A DNA stretch of 62,990 nt, filler included, from Choristocarpus tenellus KU-1152 (Eukaryota; Protista; Phaeophyceae): NCBI GenBank assembly GCA_964200185.2. It is 12 parts of 12 records of this genome, joined end to end, with 100 filler letters (N's around TTAATTAATTAA, not from the genome) between each part and the next. Parts side by side here need not be neighbours in the genome. Positions count along the whole stretch, not along the records: positions 50,164 to 52,777 come from CAXNAD020026266.1; positions 52,878 to 56,069 come from CAXNAD020021652.1; positions 56,170 to 59,510 come from CAXNAD020020689.1; positions 59,611 to 62,990 come from CAXNAD020020424.1; 8 more parts are not named here. One strand, given 5' to 3'. Positions 50,064 through 62,787 of the stretch are shown here, one piece after another (position 1 is the stretch's first letter; the number at the start of each line of letters is the position of its first letter). The notes beneath the pieces are model-generated. The model searched no databases. It had not been told where the DNA came from and saw nothing but the letters and a program-made list of their open reading frames with translations. Made by a program: the position numbers and the translations under genes.

Positions 50064-52906
50064 NNNNNNNNNNNNNNNNNNNNNNNNNNNNNNNNNNNNN
50101 NNNNNNNTTAATTAATTAANNNNNNNNNNNNNNNNNNNNNNNNNNNNNNNNNNNNNNNNNNNNCTCTGCATCTTATTCCAACTGGGTGCCATTTCCCGGA
50201 GGCTTTGTTTTATCATTATCTTCTACAACCACACCCGGGGGGGGGGGGCTAGGGTCAGGATGGAAGGTCAAGCAAGAAGTTACTTGCAGCCATGGCAAAG
50301 GTGTTTTGGCAGTTGACAAGATGTGGTGCTGATAGTATCAAAGACAATCCTTGTGGGGTGGAGAAAACGAAGGGTAGGGGGGTACCAGGGGGGGGTGGGG
50401 GGGTTATGTTGGGGGATGGTTAAGGTGCAGTAATGAAACTGCATGAAACTGATTGGGCAAGAAATATAACCACGATAGGAACTAGCTAGAGTTGAAAGAA
50501 AAAGTTTGACCTTTGTTTGTTTCAGTAGTGTTGAAACTTGTGCGATTCACTGGTTCTCAATGGGAAGAGGCCTCCCAAGGTCTGAAGAATAGTAGTCTCT
50601 TTGCCACAGGAAGATGTGCGTATCCACCTGATTGAGGAGGTTTGGGTGTGGGGGGGAGGGGGGGGGTGGTATTAAATGGTTTTCAACACATTATTAGACA
50701 TAGTAATGTTGTAAGTGGTGTCATTTCTCTGTGGGTGGAGTTTGCTGTACATTGTGATGTGCATCATACTCGCTGAGTTTGCTCTGTCCTTGACTAGGTA
50801 GGGCAAAGGGGATGGAATGTGCAGTAGGTGCTGCTATAGTCAGAAAAAGCAAACAGTGTCGTTTGATTATGTGAGGAGTGCCAGGTGGATGGCTTCTCGT
50901 ATCTTGTCACTGATTTGGGTTGTTTGTGGGTTGCGTTTGGTTGTGGTTGATCGTCTCTAGTTATCCAACCACTTTCGTGTGTCCATAGCAAAGAGGGAAT
51001 GGGGGTTGTTATTGCATAGTACAGGCTGTGATCAGAGTTCTTTTCTCCCTTCCCCCCCCCCCCCCATCCTAATGATGTAATGTGTGGTTGGTTTTGTTTT
51101 GATTCCATTTCCTCTGTTCTTTTGGCTATCTGTGTGTGGTCTTAATTGACCACCAAGCAGTCGACTGAAGCATGTTCAGGGTTGTGGTATTGAATTGCAA
51201 GCAGGTGTTTGTGAATTGCATTAAAAGCCTTAAATGTTTGTGTCTCCCTTGAAATCCCCCCCTCCCCTTCCCTTCCCTTCTAGTACTCCCATTTCCTGGC
51301 CTTTTCCTGGCCTCTGATTGTTCCCTTTCTTGTGGTGCTCATTTCCTCCACTGCTGTTGCTGTTGCTATTCCTCTTTGGAGTGTGACTGACCATTGCTTG
51401 ATAGTAGAACCCTTCGTAAGTAATCAATTATTTATTTTGTTGTGAATTAACCCGATCATCAGGAACAATGTCGAGGAGGATGTAAGGAAGGTGGTTGAGC
51501 AGTGTTGTTAGTGTTGAGTAGTGGGTGACACATAGGCCACTGGGATTGCCAGTCACCACATGGGCAGCAAGTGACTGCTGTTGTTGTTGTTGTGGGTGGT
51601 TACATGTTTGCTTGCTGGTTTGTTGGTTGTGCTTTCCTTGCTTGATCTACTTTTCATTGTCTTCCTTCGATGGTGATGGTGATGTTGATGTTGGAGTTGA
51701 TTCCTCTTTCCCAGGTGCCATTTTTGTTTTGGTTGTGTGTTGTCCTTGCTCTGCGTTTCATGCATGATGGCTCATTGCTTACACAGTATCAATACAAGGT
51801 GTGCTGGTGATGAGCCTAATATCCTATACATACAATACTCAAGATTGAGTTGCCAAATTAACGTGGTTCTAAGTGGTATGAGTAATAAATAGGAATAGGC
51901 TTAACTATGCAATTGAGTTCTGCCCAGAAACTGTTCCACTATTTTCAGAAGAAGTTGTTGGGAATGAAGATATAGATCAAATACAAGTTTCAGGAGAATC
52001 AATTTGTGTAGACTATGATTCCAGAGGATATAGCTAATCCTAGATAAAAAATAGGTAGTAGTATTGGCTTTGCCTATCCACATGATAATAATAGGAAGAT
52101 GATGGTGCAGGAGGTAGCAGCTATGTCTGGTTTGTGATGTGATAAAACCTGCAAGGTGACTCACCACAGGTGATCGCTCTGCAACATACAAGTCATTGTC
52201 AATTCCCCTACTTGTGTTACTAATTTTGTTCCTCCTCCACATGTGTGTATTGTAATTTGAGGGTGACAATGATTATAATTGCAACAACAGCAACCACCGT
52301 TTGTTTTGTCCCACACAACTGCTTATTCTAGTACTGTTGATTTGGAGTTGAGTTGAGTGAGTAGGATGAAAGAAGCAGCTCATTGCTCTACAGTGACCAC
52401 TATTAATAGAGCTCTATAATAATAATAATTGTCATTTGTTGAGCTATTTCGAGTACTTTTTGTTTATCATTTATTTCCTTCTTCATGCGCATGCATCCAT
52501 GGGTTGAAATAACTTGAGTGTCACAATGATTGTATCCACTTCCAACGAAAACGAGTTCAGTGCCAGTTTTAGCATGTATGAGGGGGGTTCTGTCGACTGG
52601 CTACCTCCTTGTGCATACACCATGCATCCCTAAACAGCCTCTTGGCAAAATTGAGGACGGAGCATTTTATGGAGGATGAGTTTGACCCAAAATGGTGCGC
52701 GGAAAGTGCCCATATGTTTTTTTCTGTAAATAACAGCCGATTTCAAAAATTGAGGATGGGCTTGACCCAAAATTTACNNNNNNNNNNNNNNNNNNNNNNN
52801 NNNNNNNNNNNNNNNNNNNNNTTAATTAATTAANNNNNNNNNNNNNNNNNNNNNNNNNNNNNNNNNNNNNNNNNNNNCCCCCCCCCCCCCCCCCTTGAAC
52901 TAACAC

Positions 52907-53034
52907 CTGCAGATGTGCTGCACGTGCTTGAACCTCTTGAGTACCGGCTCTGAAGACACCATGACGTCATCTAAACCAGAGCCCTCAAGAGCAGCTGCGA
53001 TGTACTCAGCTGTAATACTGTTCTCCCTCATGTC
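52907..53034 (-). CDS. Orphan internal exon of an unidentified gene
   Basis: cag|GAC...AG|gt, open: DMRENSITAEYIAAALEGSGLDDVMVSSEPVLKRFKHVQHIC. Confidence 0.45.
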
Positions 53035-53039
53035 CTGGA

Positions 53040-53457
53040 TAAGGTACAACACCAAGAAAGGTATTACGGCATGTAAGGCACAATACTAAAAAGGTACAAC
53101 AAAATAAGGTACAACACCAAGAAAGGTATTACAGTATAAGGCACAATAACATAAGGTACAACACCAAAAAGGTACAGCAAAATAGGCATTGCAGCATGTA
53201 AGGCACGATACAAAAAAATGTACAGTAACACAAGGTACAACACCAAAAAGGTACAACAAAATAAGGCACAATACTAAAAAAGATACAACATAAGCCACAC
53301 CACCAAAAACGGCATTACAGCATATAAGGCACAATACTAAAAAAGGTACAGCAACATAAAAGGTACACCACCAAAAACGCACTACAGCATGTAAGCCACA
53401 ATACTAAAAAATGTACTACAGCAACATAATAAGGTACAAAACCAAAAAAGGTACACC
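53040..53457 (+). repeat. Degenerate A-rich minisatellite (taaggtacaacaccaaaaaggtacagcaaaa-like unit)
   Basis: More than 10 degenerate copies. Confidence 0.9.
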
Positions 53458-53987
53458 AATTTTGAGACAAAATATATATTTTTTTAGAGGGTCGTGACGT
53501 AAGCAGCAGGGACCGGAGGGCCTGTTCCGGGGAGCAGGGGAAGACAGAATAAATAAAATAAATAAATAAAAAGTGACCCACCCGCCAACGCTTCTTTCTT
53601 CTATATTCTACGACCCAAATGCATAGAACAGAATACTTACTTCCTCTTCACCGGGGTGGCCGCAAAAAAAATGAAAACAATAGGAGTGTATAAATATAAA
53701 TTAAAAAATAATAATATATATACACGCACTTCCTTGAGACTTAAAAATTATATGTTCTTTCATCAAGAACAAAAAATATATAAAAAAACGATAAATAAAC
53801 AAAAACGAAACCAAACATCGATCGATGTCTTTTCTCTTTTAAGGACCTTGCGACGGAGAGAGACCCCCTTTCAAAGCACTTTCTATTTGTTTTTCACAAA
53901 CCCGGTACGCAGAAACAATAAATAAAAATTGACAATGGAGGGTGTACCTTTGCTGTGTGGAGAAACCAACACGTGTGCGGTTTTATG

Positions 53988-54250
53988 TGTGTAGTTCCAT
54001 ATCACATCAAAGAATCAAAATAAATAAACAAAATAAAAATAGTATGTAGTTCCATATCACATCACAGAATTAAAATAAACTAACACAATATAACATAGTA
54101 TGTAGTTCCGCATCACATCAAAGAATTAAAATAAATTAACACAATATAACATAGTATGTAGTTCCGCATCACATCAAAGAATTAAAATAAATAACATAAT
54201 AAAAAATAAGACGTAGTTCCGCATCACATCAAAGAATCAAAATAAAATAG
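53988..54250 (+). repeat. ~53-56-bp tandem repeat, 5 copies
   Basis: tgtagttcc[a/g][t/c]atcacatcaaagaattaaaataaa... repeated. Confidence 0.92.
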
Positions 54251-56169
54251 TACAGTAACAGTCAACGCGTATCGAATAGCTCTAAGACATTTATTTTATT
54301 TTATTTTTAATTTCTTCTAACTTTAAAGCACGGCAGTGCCCCCGATAAAAAGCAACTAAAACATAATAAAAACGATCAAACAACTCTTCGATGATAAGCA
54401 AAAAAAAAAACCTTCGGTGGTCTCTTCCCGTTTTCACAAAAACAAAACAAAAAAAAGCTCCGATATACACCCCCCTTTTTCAAAAATCAGAGTCTATAGT
54501 ACACGTACGGGTCACATCATCCCCCATCAAATCCCATCTAAAAAAAAACAAAAAAACTCAGATCTCTCTTTCGTGAGCGCGTTTGAAACCTCTCGTTTGA
54601 AATTTTGACACCGAAAAAAACCCAATAAAATTTCAAAAAATATATAAATATATATACATTCCACAACATAAATGCACCCCCCACCTCCCCCTCTCCACCT
54701 TCCCTCCAAGCGGGCTTGAAAAAAAAAGAAGCCTCAAACAACAATAACAACAGCAACTTCAAGATACAACATTTCTCTCTCTCTCTCCCTCCCTCCCTCC
54801 CTCTCCTCCCTTCTTTCTTCCATCCAACCACACAACCGCCCAACTCGCCTTGTCACTGGCTAGCAACTCCTCTCCAAGTCTTTTGTCCTCCACGGGGTTT
54901 GAGGACCTCGGACGTGTACCAGCCAACGCCTCCGTTAGAACACCGTCCCCATCGTGCTTGAAGAGGCGTTCTGGAGTGCACCCTACAAATGCCTTCGATG
55001 CATCCGGCTGCTCGGACGCAAAAGAGTTCGATCACGTACGAGTAGCAAAAAACACAGAGAAAAATAAAATATTAAAAGAATCAACAACAACAACAACAAC
55101 AATAATAATAATAAAATAACAATAATAATAAAAATAACAACAATAATAAATTAGAAGCGAGCAAACGTTATAATTATTTTTAAATAAAATAAAATAAAAT
55201 AAGTACAATACAAAAACACGAATCACGTCAGTAAAAAAAGGCGTAACGCACTCGCATATAAATATATATATTTTTGGAACGTTTGAGAAAAAAGAAAAGA
55301 AAAAATGGAGCGAGTCGAAAAACGAAAAATAAATATTGAATTAGATAAAAAAAAAATCTGCATTTGCTACCTGTATCTATGCATGTGCAATAAGTAAATA
55401 AATAGCACCCATGCACGCACGCACGCACACACACACACACACACTGTTTGTTTTTTTCACTGATGAGTAGTTAGTACTAGTACACAGATGAAGGCTACAT
55501 CGAAGAGCAACAGAGCATTTTTTATTTATTTTATTTCTCAATAATACACAAAAAATATATGCTGACTGTGAGCAGAGAGAGAGAGTTGAAGCAAGGTTAC
55601 TTAAAAAAATAAAATAAAATAAAAATTAATAAATATATATATATATATATAGCAGGAGATGTCTATTTGATGTCTTACGGGGAGAGAGAGCTACGGTTAG
55701 GGTTAGGGTTAAAGGTTAGAGGGTCGCCTTTGGCCCTGTTTGACTCTTGAAGGCCTTCTTGAATTATGTTCTTGAATTATGTTCTTGAATTATGCGTACA
55801 GGCACAATGTGCACCATACAGGGTTAGGGCTAGGCTTAGCACCATATATTGTACACCATGCCCCACGCCTGATATTGCAGTACAAGAAGGCCCCTCTCGG
55901 GAGGGGGCACGGGCGCAGAAGGAGATTAAAACTGTAAACAAATTTAAACACATTTTAAAGTACGATGCCCCCTCTGCAGTGATAAAATACAGTAAAAGAA
56001 AAAGTAATCAAAACACACGAACCACTCGAGACAGTGATTAAAACTAAACACACCTTCATCCCCCCCCTCNNNNNNNNNNNNNNNNNNNNNNNNNNNNNNN
56101 NNNNNNNNNNNNNTTAATTAATTAANNNNNNNNNNNNNNNNNNNNNNNNNNNNNNNNNNNNNNNNNNNN

Positions 56170-56300
56170 CTCCGTGCCCATCTCCCTGGTGACTCCAGCT
56201 TGAAACGCATGAAACGTCGAGACAATACCACTTGCGTATATAGTTTTCATTGGTTTCCCCCCTGACACATCTATCTGCAAAATATCAGAGGACATAATAA
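56170..56300. mobile_element. CRE-like element fragment: antisense ORF end joined to a sense 3' tail
   Basis: 56172-56236 minus strand reads QVVLSRRFMRFKLESPGRWA; 56237-56300 is the plus-strand tail. Confidence 0.65.
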
Positions 56301-57119
56301 TTGTATATGTATTATTTATTGAATTTGAACGGTTATTCGTTGGTTTTTCCGCTTACACGTCTCCAAAATGTTAGAGATATAACAATAAGTACAGTATAAT
56401 GAAAATACATTGTACAGACAGGAAAAAAAGCGGTGAGTATTTTGCGTTATTTCAAGAAAAGCACGCTTGCAAAAACTAAAAATCTGGAACTACTATTAAC
56501 TACAATATATGTTGAAGTAACTGTTGTGGTTTTCACACTTACAGTGTTTTATAGTGTTTTCACATTTATGATATCATATTTAAATAATAATAATAGGCTA
56601 ATAATGATATATGTGTAGGTTTCATTGGTTTTCCCATCTGCAAAATGTCAGAGGGAATAATAATATATATATGTTCGAACAGTAGAGTCAGTGTGACAAA
56701 TATTGTCTCTTATAAATTGAAAATGAATCTATAATTGCAACATGATGGACGAAAAAAGATGGACTAATCCCTATTTCATCCAACTCATCTCCTTGCTTGG
56801 TACTCACTTCTATTAACAACAGCAACAGAGGGGAGGAGTGAAAGGAGAGTTGCTGGTATTGTGACGAGGAAGGAGATAGAAAATCTGAGGTGGTAGGTAA
56901 GCTAGACTGCGTCAATACAAGTCTCAAAAATGTTTGTTATGAGGGTGAGTTGAGTGTGGAAATGTCCAAACACAAAGAAAGTAAGTTGATCACCTTTCCT
57001 ACGTGCTTTCACGTCTAGTGTATGTCCTTACATACTCCCCTACTACTTAATATTTTCTTCCTCCTTGCTCAATTCTTTTGTACTCAGTGCACGCACAGTT
57101 GAGATCAAACAGAACTGCA

Positions 57120-58412
57120 ATGAAGGCCGCGATAGCAAATGCATATGGAGATATCGATCAAATGCTGAGTGTGTCACCAGAGTGGCCTCGCCCAGAGCTG
57201 AAGCATGGGAGCGGGGAGATGCTCATCCGTGTGCAGGCTTGTTCCATCAGTCCAGCAGATCTACATCTACTTAGTGGAAGAGTGGATTTGGTTATGAGTC
57301 CACCATCGTTTCCATATGTCCCTGGAATGGACGTGTGCGGCATTGTAGAAGAGATCGACGAGAATGAAAAGAAGTTCAAGGTGAGGTATATAGTCTTATC
57401 ATTCAGAGTGATAAATCTGAATTCAATAAGATAACAGTAACGGCCCCTTTCGATGAAATCAGAGGGAGTGAGGTTCCCGCAATTTAGATGGTGAGGAAGG
57501 TAATCCCCACAATCACTGCAAGAAGCTCAAAGGCAGGCCTCAATATAATGGAATATATCTATCCTGTTGATTGTTCTTCATCTATACCTGATATTAATTT
57601 TTGAGGACCAAACATTGTTGGTGCAGGTTGGAGACTGCGTCGTCGCATCAAATGGGGCGATGCCAGTTGGAGGGTTAGCCGAGTTCGCCGTCGTGAAGAC
57701 CGCTAACGCGGAAGTGAAGCCGTCAAACATAAGTATTCTTGAGGGAGCCGCGCTGGTGGATGCTGGCACTTGTGCAATGCTGGCAGTGAAAGCTGCTGGT
57801 GTGAAAGAGGGCGACCGTGCTCTCGTCCTTGGCGGGAGTGGCGGGATTGGAACAGTACTTGTGCAGTTAGTCAGGGATGCAGGAGCATCGTTCATTGCAT
57901 CCACATCCACCGATGATGCGCTTTTGAAGTCGCTGGGAGTCGACCAAGTAATCAACTACCGTGAGCAGAACTGGTGGGAAGTTCCTGAATTCCAAGCTAA
58001 TCCCTTCGATGTGATTATTGACTGCATCGGTATCGACGCAAGCAATGTGTGGAAAAGGTCAAAAAGTAAGGTCGCGCTGAAGTCTCGATGGAATGGTGGC
58101 CGGTTTGTCACTTTGGCTATCACGGACACCCCAGTAGCACACAGCATGTGGCAAGCTATGCAACTCTTCGTCCCAGCCCTCTGGAAGCAGACATGGACAT
58201 TCTTCGTCCCTTGGATGCCAAGGTACAAGTTTTTGGTATTGATGGCCAAACCAGGTGACTTGTCCAGGGCACTTAATCTTGTGGATGCAGGACGGCTCAA
58301 GCCGGTATTGGACCCATCTTCTCCATTTCCATTTACCACCGAAGGAGTGAAGTCAGCTTTTCACCTTCTGGAAAGTAAGCATGCACATGGCAAAGTTGTT
58401 ATAGAGATGTGA
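57120..58412 (+). CDS. MDR-superfamily NADPH:quinone oxidoreductase (zinc-independent; RTN4IP1/ceQORH/AST1-like), ~348 aa, 2 exons
   Basis: Exons 57120-57380 and 57627-58412 (phase 0). Motifs MKAA...YG, LIRVQACSISPAD, PYVPGMDVCG, GGLAEF, VLGGSGGIG (Rossmann), DVIIDCIG, HAHGKVVI. A short upstream exon is possible (acceptor ~57098). Confidence 0.94.
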
Positions 58413-60556
58413 TGGAGATGAGGCAAGATGCTGTAAGAATTTTCGTAGCCATGCGATAGGTGCTACTATTTTCGTACCCATTCCGTAAACGCTGTGCATA
58501 TGTTGTTTTAACTCGATCGTGTGTCATAGGAAGTAATTTCTGCTGAATAGTTACCAAGTGGTAAGCAAGGTAATTGTATTGTTGAAGCCTCTCCCCTCCT
58601 GATCTTTGATGAAGGGATGTAGGAAGTAAAAACTCTTATCATGTCCCTGTCGAACCAGCCGAGTCAGCTTCACTGCTTGACTTACGGCCAAATGAATGAA
58701 GATTGCCGTTCGAATCCTAGAAAGTAACCAAAAATTGAGGTCATCGCATAGATATGCAAAGACCAAGGCCAAGGAGGGTGGGAATGAGGCTGCAGCGAGT
58801 CCCTGACTGTAATCTTCAGGGTTCATTCAAATAGATGTAATTTTTTTGTTTTGTTTACATTGTTTTTGCTACAAGGCCCAGGAGTAGTAATGTTACATGA
58901 TGCTATGAGTAGCTTCTGATATGATTTTCAAGATGAATGTGTTCAGAAACGTGAAACCCTTGTGATTGCATCCTGCCCTGGCCTGTCAATTTGACAATTT
59001 CTTCCCCATTGAAAAGGGGGCATATGTATATACTCCTGCCAGTTTATGTACATGTAAGAGATAGATTGGTGTGTGGAGATATAACAATAATACAAGACTC
59101 CACACCTCGACAATTGCTCCAAGTAATGTGACATGAATATTGCTCTGCCCCAATATTGTACCATCGTACATACGACACTGTGTGCTTTGCAATTTGCCTT
59201 GACTGTGCACATGAGATCCCAGCGTGAAAGTACTTTCTCTAGAGCTTTTACTCTGCTATAGTGAGTGAAACCATTCGAGAGGGGTGTCATTGTTGAATCT
59301 TTTGAGTTTTAAGGTCTTGTTATTTGAAGCTTGGGCAATACACACCACCTGAGATGCAGGTATTCCCCCTCAAGAGGACGTGAATGTACCGGATGTGATC
59401 ATCTCTGAAAAACTTTGTGCGGAAAGGACACTACACTGGGCACAAAACACATACATCTACCACGTAGCAAAGGCTCAGAGTATCTGGGGGGTTGGGGGGC
59501 GGCGAGCGGANNNNNNNNNNNNNNNNNNNNNNNNNNNNNNNNNNNNNNNNNNNNTTAATTAATTAANNNNNNNNNNNNNNNNNNNNNNNNNNNNNNNNNN
59601 NNNNNNNNNNTATATATAAATGACAGGTTTTACTACAGAAGGTGCCCATGTCCACATTATGAAACTTCACTCTCACTTACACAAATGCATTCCTCTTACT
59701 GTGCTGCATCGGATTTTGCGAACGGGAATGCACCAATCATTCTATGCCCTATGATGACGTCCTTGTGAAAGATTGAGTGCGAGAGTATCGAGGCGACCAT
59801 GCAAAAGTAGAGACTCTGCTTGCAGGGTCAGTTGCAAGCATAGGGGATGAGTAACTCCTAAAGGCATTGGTGTTTAGGATCACAGTTATGGGATGGTGTG
59901 CAGGGCAACAAACCAACAAAGGGGTGGTATGAGTGTGTGGAAAATGGCACAAAGAGCTCTATAGATGGGTGACATTCTAAGGAAGCTGCGATTGCTGGTG
60001 TATGAGGACGTATGCACACCTGTCAATTTCTGCTGAGTGCTGCTTTTCTCATAGTCTCTCTCTTTTCAGTGTTGGTCGTGTATCTTTCTTTTCTTTCTTT
60101 CCTTGGCGGACATACGATTAGTGGCGATTGGACAGAATGGACCTGGGGTGATCCTGAGCAATTATTATTTTCCCATTTATTTTCCCGTAGGACCTAGCAG
60201 TGTGTGACGGCTCTATTGATGACGTCCTACCCCCAAATATTTGGGTGTTGTTAGTGCATTACACCTGGGTTTTCTCTTTTGAACCCTCTGTCCATAGACT
60301 GAGTCATCTCTCTTTTTCGATTTTTTGTATAGTTGAACTGTTTTTTTCTTATTTTATCGCAGATAAAGTATTGGTATTTTATCCAAGTAGTATGTATGTC
60401 GTCTTCACAAACTTTTTGTAGATGCTGTCATTAAGGTAACAAGAAGGAAAATAATCTATACAGCAAAGCACACCACACAACATCAACAACTCTGACTGTA
60501 TTGCTTCCAGCAAAGAAGGCGTATGTATATTGTTTTCTACTACCTACCTTTTCAAA

Positions 60557-60809
60557 GAGTCAAACCAATGGAGAGGTAGGAGGGGTCGCATTTTAAGAAT
60601 CCCGAGAAAGAAGGGCAAAGATATGTCATTTATGGTACAATTCCAGAAAGAGCCTTTGCTGAGTTGTGATGTCACTTTGTGTGCGAAAAGGAGGAATATC
60701 GAATTTGCGTACACGATTAATTGTGGAAATAAAGCAATGAAATAGAGTATATTGCAAAGTCTAGAACGCAAAAGGGTCTAACTTGCCAACCTCTCAATTG
60801 ATTTGACTC
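60557..60809 (+). mobile_element. MITE family C
   Basis: gagtcaaaccaatggagaggt...acctctcaattgatttgactc, 253 bp. Confidence 0.85.
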
Positions 60810-62404
60810 GAACACGGGTCTGAAACTCGTTAGACTAATGTGAAGACAACTAAGAAATACGTACGTATATATATATATATATATATTGAGGATGTGTCTG
60901 CCTCACAAAAATATGATTTCCAACACCTGGGTGGTTGACCCCCTTTGCTCAGAAGAGGACCATTGTGCATTCCGGAGGTACATCTAAGAAAGATAATGCT
61001 GAGTGAGCGGATGGAATGTCCTCGTGGCTGAGTGCCTGTTCCCTACATATTGCTTGCCTCCTCCCTCAAATCTCGTGCTGGATCCACCTTCACACTGCTT
61101 GGCAAAGCACCCTTGCCCTCCTGCTCTTCTTGGCTCGATGTTCTTGTGGTATACTGACAGACAGGATAGTACATTTGCACTACCTATGCGATGGAGGTCA
61201 GGTAACCATCAGAAGATGTCTAGAGTCGAAGGGGTCCGATTCAAGCAGGGAACAGAGTCTTTTTGCACTTGGTGAGGACATTCCAACGTATTGCTTTTCC
61301 CTAATAAAACTTTCAAACATGAGTTTGGGACCCTGCCAACTAATGCAAAGGAATAATAACAACATTAACCAGATATATGCTCGTCTTTGGGAGATAAAGA
61401 TCAAGCTCGGAAAGCAGCCCTAAAAGTAGAAAAATAAGGGGATGATCCGGTAGTTTGCACTGAGCGTGGGCAGCACGCGGCTCTTGTAGAATCACCTGGT
61501 TTTAGTGTCGGAAAATATGTAATTTGTACCACCTATCACTAGGAGATACGAAGTGGTGGGTATATACGATTTTGGTCGTTTTGCTTCCCTCCCCTTCCAC
61601 CTAGAGTGCGTATTTTCATTCTGTCCCTCTTCCTCTTATCTGAAGCCTTACGCCAGACCGCTATGAGCCGGACCAGCCTGGTGCAACAGATCAGCTACTC
61701 AGCCCCTCTAATAAATACCTGTGGGTTGCCCCAAGTAGGATTTATTATGCACTGGCCCGGCCTGGGTAAATTGCATATTTCCCAGGCTAGCCTGGCCCTT
61801 TAAAAAGTGAATATTTTCCAGACCAGCCTGGGGTTGTGTTTCGATCTATTCTTCACTTTATGAATTTCGAATGATACAAAGATCCGACGTAAAACCCTCC
61901 AGTCTGGTCTGTCCAACCTGAAACCAGACCTCTGGTTAGAACTGGAGACCCGGGCCGGCTAATACTGGGACATGACCTGGTCCCTTAAAATACATCTTTT
62001 CCGAGTCAGCCCGTGGCCTGGCCCCTTTGTAGTCTTGAAAGGTCCTGGATTAGCCCCTTCAAAATCTATCTTGGTTGAGTTAGGCTGGGACCCCTGTTAA
62101 CTAAAATTCCTTTGGACCTTTAATTAAACGTTCTTACTGAGTCGACTCATAGCCCGACCAAGTCACAGTTACCCTGTTTGGTGTACAGTCCTGTTTTTTA
62201 TCTCTATAGTTTCTTGAGATCTGGCCATGTGGAATTCAATTTTTTTTCGAGAAGATGGATCTAAAATATAAATATAAAATGTCTGTCGTCGATAGCATTC
62301 GAACCCGAAAACTATATTTTGTTTTGACGAATCTGGGTTATTATTATTATTTTATTCTATGTTTGCATTCCACCCATTCCCCTCCTCCCCATTGTACCAC
62401 CACT

Positions 62405-62787
62405 TGCAATCAATCAGTGCGAACCCCTTCGCCACTGATTTCCAGTCGCCTCCCCCCCCTTCGATGACCAACCAATGTGAACCCCCTCCCCCACTGATTT
62501 CCAGTAACCCCCCACATCTGATGACCAACCAGTGCAACCCCTTTGTCACTGATTTCCAGTCACCCCCCACATTTGATGACCAACCAGTGCGACCTCTTCG
62601 CAACTGATTTCCAGTCACTACCCCACCCTTCAACCCCACTCAACCCCACACCAGTTACTATTCCACTCAACTTCATACCAGTTACCACTCCACTCAACCC
62701 ACACCATTCAGCACCACTCCACAATCATCCAAGAATACCCCTTCATCATCCACTGCATACCGTGGCTTTGAACTCTAAGACATCTAC
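62405..62787 (+). repeat. Dispersed repeat with ~57-bp tandem unit (copy 2, ~4 units)
   Basis: Homologous to 3975-4211. Confidence 0.85.

Noticed and set aside
53988-54250. Tandem arrays here and at 62405-62620 as CRISPR arrays
   Set aside because: Inter-repeat segments are themselves homologous (no unique spacers); no cas genes; eukaryotic context.
54864-55035. Candidate plus-strand exon after a polypyrimidine tract
   Set aside because: Splice-like borders but no recognisable protein or partner exons.
59749-61423. Scattered short exon-like segments in the last contig
   Set aside because: Could not be joined into a coherent reading frame.
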